From assembly GCA_013115145.1 (NCBI GenBank), contig JAAPAO010000092.1, positions 1 to 64,000 on the forward strand: a stretch of DNA of 64,000 nt, read 5' to 3'. The stretch comes from Perkinsus chesapeaki ATCC PRA-425. Lineage: Eukaryota > Protista > Perkinsozoa. Both the position numbers and the translations under genes were made by a program. Below, piece after piece: positions 58,655 through 64,000 of the stretch. The notes under the pieces were generated by a model. That model did not search any database. It was given only the letters and a program-made list of their open reading frames with translations, and was not told the DNA's origin. Numbering within the stretch: position 1 is the first letter of the stretch; each line of letters starts with the position of its first letter.

Positions 58655-60638
58655 ATGTCTGTCCCCTCAAGTGTGGCCTCAACAATAACTCACTCCGATA
58701 GTGAATCGCCATCGTCACGGAAGATTGGTGAACATGGCATAACCAGCAAGTAGTTGGTCACAGACTCGGTTCGCGGTGGAACCTCCTTTAGGGTATTCTT
58801 CTTCACTTGCTGCAACGCTCTCATCTCGCAAGCCCTCTCGACTCCGTATATGTTCACTACTGCTGGATGGATATCTTTTCTATCACAGGCTTTGACAGTA
58901 CTATTAACTTTTATTTCGACAGAACTTCTCAAAAAAGGGCTTCAGAGCGAACAGGTACTGCAACACTATATTGCAGCGAGCTATTATAAACTCTCAGATA
59001 CTTGCCTATGGGGATGAGAAAGGCGTTTCTGAATTCGAGAGAGAGTACACATTTCTAGCTGAGTACTGCGGAGGTCGAGTCGGCCGCGTCTTAGTTCTAA
59101 TTGTAAGCCTGTACTTCATACCGAGTCTGCTCAGACAAGGTATGTCCAGAATGTATATTTAGGTTATATTTTTAAACTACTTCGCTAGTATTGCGACAAT
59201 CATCGGGGCTATTGGAGTCTGTGGTGCCCTTATGGCTCCGGCAATAAAAGGTGAAAAACATCGAAATGGCTCACTCACCACCTCTGTTATCAGATGATGT
59301 TTGGATCATCATCTTTTCACTTATTCTATTCGTTATTATCATTGTCCCTTGGCTTAAAAAAGTTGCTGCTGTTATGGGAGTACTAGCGGTTATTGGAACA
59401 ATTGGAACCACAGCTTCGTGGGTAAGTCTTTGCCCTTCTGCAAAGGATTCGTATTCTCTTCATTTTTCAGGTCGGTACATCAACTGTAATTTTACCAGAT
59501 TCACACGTGGTTGAAAATATGTCTCCACGCCAGCCTCTTATGGACAACATCATCGCCGCTATCAGCCTGTCAGTCTGGGCCTCTGGTGACCTGCCATCCT
59601 TGAACCCATTCCTTGGTTGTGTTAAAGGTAGGCAGCTATATGATGACTTCTACCTTTTACCAGTACGCCTTGTCAGATTCAAGCAACAGGCTACTTGCCA
59701 AATAATCTCACTCCTCTACATTTATATTATGGGTGTGGCAGGTATGCAACTCTGCGATGGCCCTTGTGATGAATTCTATCCGGCAAGCCTCAATGGTGAG
59801 AGCCCATCTCTGAAATCGTGTCACCGCGGGTTTAATATGTGGTGGATTAGGTATTGCTCAAAAACGAGTTCCGCTATGGTTGGTTTATTCCTTGTATATT
59901 TTCATATTGCTAAGGATGCTATCTATGGCACAAGCCAAGATGGTGGCAATAATGCTGGCTACTGAGAAAGCCGTCTGCCATCTTCTAGTAAGCCTGAGTT
60001 GACCGCATTAACCACCGGCTTGGAGGCAGCCTCCAGGAGGCTCGAATCACAATCGAATCAGATTTCATCGAATCTTCGATGAAATCTCTCTGACTTGCGT
60101 GCCTCCGACATGTATCTGTATCCATGGCTGGCGACGATCCGTGCTCTCTATGGTTAGCCGTCTCAGGCTTCATTCCAATGGACGAGAAATCTGACGACTG
60201 CGAAGGCCTGGCGATTGTTCTTCCGACTTTTGGTTGTCGTATCTCTTGCACTAGCTGCAGTGGTAGCGAAAAGTGAACTAGCTTATTTCCAAGTGGTGGC
60301 TTCTGCCCTCCTAACAACATGTAAGATACGTCCTATTACCCAGTGCAATTCCCTCTGAAGAACCAGCTCTCTCTCGGAGCATCTGGTGGATAATCGTCGC
60401 AAATTGATAGAAAATGCAGGCGATCGCTCGCATTCAAATACCCCGGATGGTGATTATTCAGAGTATCTTTTGAGATATGTTCTCCTCAGGTTTATTATAT
60501 TTATGCCCTTTATGGTTTTATTATAAAGTGATTGAGCCCCCAGCCATTCAACGCTATTTGATGTATTTGTTTGTTGTATTAATTGTCACATTTATAGCAC
60601 TGGCTACATATATTTCCTTCATGAGGGTCTTTGCCTAG
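58655..60638 (+). CDS. AAAP transporter copy 2 (19-nt exonic deletion; pseudogene or rescued by altered splicing)
   Basis: Collinear with copy 1. It lacks GGATCAGACTAATACTGTT near 59691, which gives a premature TAA if the copy-1 acceptor is used. Confidence 0.65.
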
Positions 60639-61403
60639 TGGTGTCTCGACTATCACCGATATTGTTAATGCGTGTGTGGTGTATGTTTGCAGGATTAACT
60701 CTTTTCGCATTCGCCAGCTCGCAACTGGCAGCAATACCTCTCGCGAAAGGGTCTTTCTAAAGACTTCAGTTATCGTGCTTTTTCTAACCACTGACACACT
60801 GTCCGGTGGTGGATTATTACTTAAAATTTGTCTTAAATAAGTTATAGGTAACGACTCTTTACTAATACTTTACATAAGCGTCGTCCGTTCAAAGAGGCTC
60901 GCCTAGAATAACGCGGGTGCTGACTCGATGCTGATGAGTAATGCTATTTAAATCATGTGAATAAGACTCCGTTTAGCTATCTGGCCATTTGTTACGAAGT
61001 ACTCACAAAACAGGCTTTTTAGCGAGTATCGGGTGAAGTTCTCCGATACAGTCCCCCGTGTCGCGTTGTTCAGTCTTGCGGACTGAGTTCTCCAAATTAA
61101 CTTGGTATATCACTTCATTTACACCATTATCTAGCAGCTTGGTGGCTCTGAGCAGATATACCCTCGAATATACTATCCATCTTCCACGGGCTAACATTCA
61201 CTTCACTATTTCCCAGTCAAGTTCAAGCTTCTTCCAATCAATTTGAAAACAATGGGATCACCACGTTTTTAAACGATTTTTCATTCACTGTAAATAACTA
61301 AAACACGAACGCTCCCGTCGGGAAGTTACACATTCATTAGTTCGCATGGATTTCACATTAAAGTGCGGATTTAGCTTCATTTCTATGCTTTCAGTTGAAT
61401 GCT

Positions 61404-64000
61404 TCAAGAGGCCTCTTCTCTTTGCTTTGCCTTTTTGCTTCTCCACTTCAAAGCTTCCAAGAAGGCATCTGGGTTATTGTGAGGATCGAACTGCCAGATG
61501 TGCTCCGGTTTCGTATCCACTGGTGTGAAGCACTTCATCTTCTCGAGCCCAGGACTGCCGAAGCACGCCCCGACCCCCATAATACCGCGGATGACGCGAT
61601 TGATGGTTCTCGGCAAGCGGGTTCCGTTTGTGAGTAGTTCGATGCCAATGAGACCAATGATGGGGCGTGCCAACCACCTCGCTGCAACAACGACCATGGA
61701 CCATATCAAGCCAAATGCTTTGGGATATACGAGACCTATAATTGCCAATCCTAGGAAAATGGATGCTAGTCTGGCGGACTTGGCGAAATCTGATTCCCAC
61801 TTAAGAATTCGGGTGTACTCAGTGGTGATACGAATCCACTTTGACATTTTCCGTTGAAGGAATCGCACTCCTTCTTGAGCGTCCTTCGGCGCGAACTTCG
61901 AACAGAAGAACACAAATCCGAGAGATTTAGAACCCTGGAACTCAGGAAGTGGGTCGGCGTTGTCGTCAACTTCCTCTTCGTCAGTGGATTCTTCAGACTC
62001 CGTCGCAGACCAGTCCTCACACTCATCGCCAAGACCAACGACATTAGCTGTTCCCCGACCAAGAGCGATACCGGTGTTAACTGCACCGGCACCTACGGCC
62101 GCCACTGCACCAGCGACACCTCCCACTGTACCAGTGACAAGCCCGGTTAAACCGAGCGCCGTACCTGCTTGGTCGACGAATAGAAGCGAATAGGCTTCGA
62201 CATGTTTGGTGACCTTTGATGAGACCCTTAGCTCCGTCCTGCTGCAAGCCTTTGACGGGATTCGCGAAGACGCCAGCTACACCAGAGGTAATCTTGCCGC
62301 CAGCCTAGAGCGATACCGTTTCACGGTGCTGGGCGGAAGGGTACGACCTGTGTGAAACCGTGGACGGCTCCGGTTGCGAGGTTTCTATGATTCCTGTTCT
62401 GCTTTAAAATATTTTTTTGTTTTTTCTTGTCTTTCACTGCAGCCGGTTTGGTGAAGCCAGGAAGTCCGTATAGATCGTCCAGAGCGCCTAAGGTTAATAA
62501 CTAATCACTTAGTCGCGTAAAATAGACACTCACGACGGCTCGTGCCGATCTTCTTTTTCTCGGGAACAATCGTAGAAATATTCTGACATGAATGGCTCGA
62601 ACAGCATGAGGTACAGAAGTTACATACTTCTATAAGAGCTTGAGCAACTGCAGCTTGATCTCTATCGCCTTTGTCCCCAGCAAGGCACTGAAGTCTACCC
62701 TTCGCTTTTGTTCTGTAATAGCTCCTAAGGCGACCAACGTGGAAGGTAGTTAAGAGACATGAAGGCCCTCATGGGTATTCACAACGAACCTTGCCATGAT
62801 CCCCACTAGTAACAGATTGATCATCCCAAATAGCCTGTTTCCCGGTAGCCACCTGCACATCGCCAACCAAGACACCATCGGGATAACGGAGACCCTGGCG
62901 GAGATAATGAAGTGGCTTAATCATCGATCGCTCACTTGAGATATTCTGGATCCCATCGACCAACTCTTTTGAATTCGAAGAAGGCACTGAGGAGGATGCA
63001 TGGCTTACCGTTGGCGAGGTAAGAGGCGGGGTTTGAATCGAGATACCGGCATCAACTCGAGGACGGCGATTCAGTTTAAAATGCTCAGCACTTTTAACAT
63101 AATTTTGGTATTTAATGTTAATCTTCCACTTTGGGGTTGGAAGATCCGAGCGAAACGAGATCGTCAATGATAATTTATCATCACCCTGAATGGTTACTCT
63201 CGGAAGCTCTTGTCCCATAGGAGTTCTTTGATTCGCATGGCTGAGGTATACACACTCGACGGGCTGTATCTAATATGAGCGATGATGATAATCTCTGTCA
63301 TTCCGGACAGGCTTACGTACTTCGGCAAGTGTCGCAATTTCTCCGGAGGTAGGGCAAAGTTGGCGCATATCTGGTCAATCTTAGAGAGGTAATCGACTCG
63401 GATGGAAAGCTTTATCCTTCCACAGTAGAGACCATCTACGGTGATTAAGTCATACCGAGCCACATGAAGGTGACGCACCGTAAGCTTCGCTGGGCTCGAG
63501 ATGAAACCAACCCTCAACCGTCTTTCCAGGTACAGCTTTCCGTATTGGGAAAAGTACCTGTCGTGTCCAAGTGGCGTATGAACAATGTGAGGGCGCGTTC
63601 AACACCCCAAACCACGCATTCCGGATCAATAGTCTCGCTGTTGTTTAACCCTCTGGTTTGCCCTCTTACCTCACCAAGGACTTCGTCCTCGCCAAGCATG
63701 TTCAAAGCGGAACGTCTAAGCATCACTCTTAGTCGTAGAACAGTTACTGGGTGATAAACATGTAGCACGAAGGATTCATTGCAAAGGTACTCTTCTCTCG
63801 TCTTCTTGTAACGCATCAAACGGGCAGTACGTCCAGCCCTGATGACAAGGTGACGACTAAATACTTCTAGGCTAACACCACCTTCGTTTCTTTCCTCCCG
63901 AACAAGCCATGTGCAACATGAGGTAAGGTCTCACACCCCCCAAGATGCCCCGAGGAACTCCCTTCAACGAGAACGCCTGAGCCTCCCCCATGCCGGTCGT
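61404..64000 (-). CDS. C2-domain / transmembrane (MCTP-like) protein with an ATG_C-like Gly-rich segment; 5'-partial
   Basis: C2-like EEYLCNESFVL...MLGEDEVLGEV, then ITSGVAGVFANPVKGLQQDGAKGLIK|GTALGLTGLVTG, an acidic linker, and RILKWESDFAKSARLASIFLGLAIIGLVYP (MCTP/PRT_C-like TM). Confidence 0.5.

Overview
Eukaryotic, gene-dense DNA with many short (about 35-60 nt) GT-AG introns. Gene content and style suggest Perkinsus (Alveolata, Myzozoa); this is inferred, not proven. There is one 99-N assembly gap. Left to right: an IAH1-like SGNH esterase, a cytochrome b561-type membrane protein, an intronless diacylglycerol-kinase-like protein lacking its catalytic motifs, a decaying tandem array of intronless A1 aspartyl proteases, a coiled-coil hypothetical gene, and a bacterial-style fused NAD(P)HX epimerase/dehydratase with an N-terminal presequence. 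Next come an ~11 kb secreted/multi-pass receptor-like gene with repeated discoidin (F5/8C)-like modules, four tandem small secreted proteins, a RAP-domain protein, an OMA1-like M48 protease, two amino-acid-permease paralogs, a fifth aspartyl protease, and the 3' part of a C2/transmembrane protein with an ATG_C-like segment. The most unusual signal is that several short spliceosomal introns consist largely of a tRNA 3' end (T-arm, acceptor 3' strand, discriminator). In sense copies the oligo-T that follows serves as the polypyrimidine tract before AG; other copies are antisense. Perfect foldback insertions and partial segmental duplications also recur. Exon structures were assembled by eye and are approximate.
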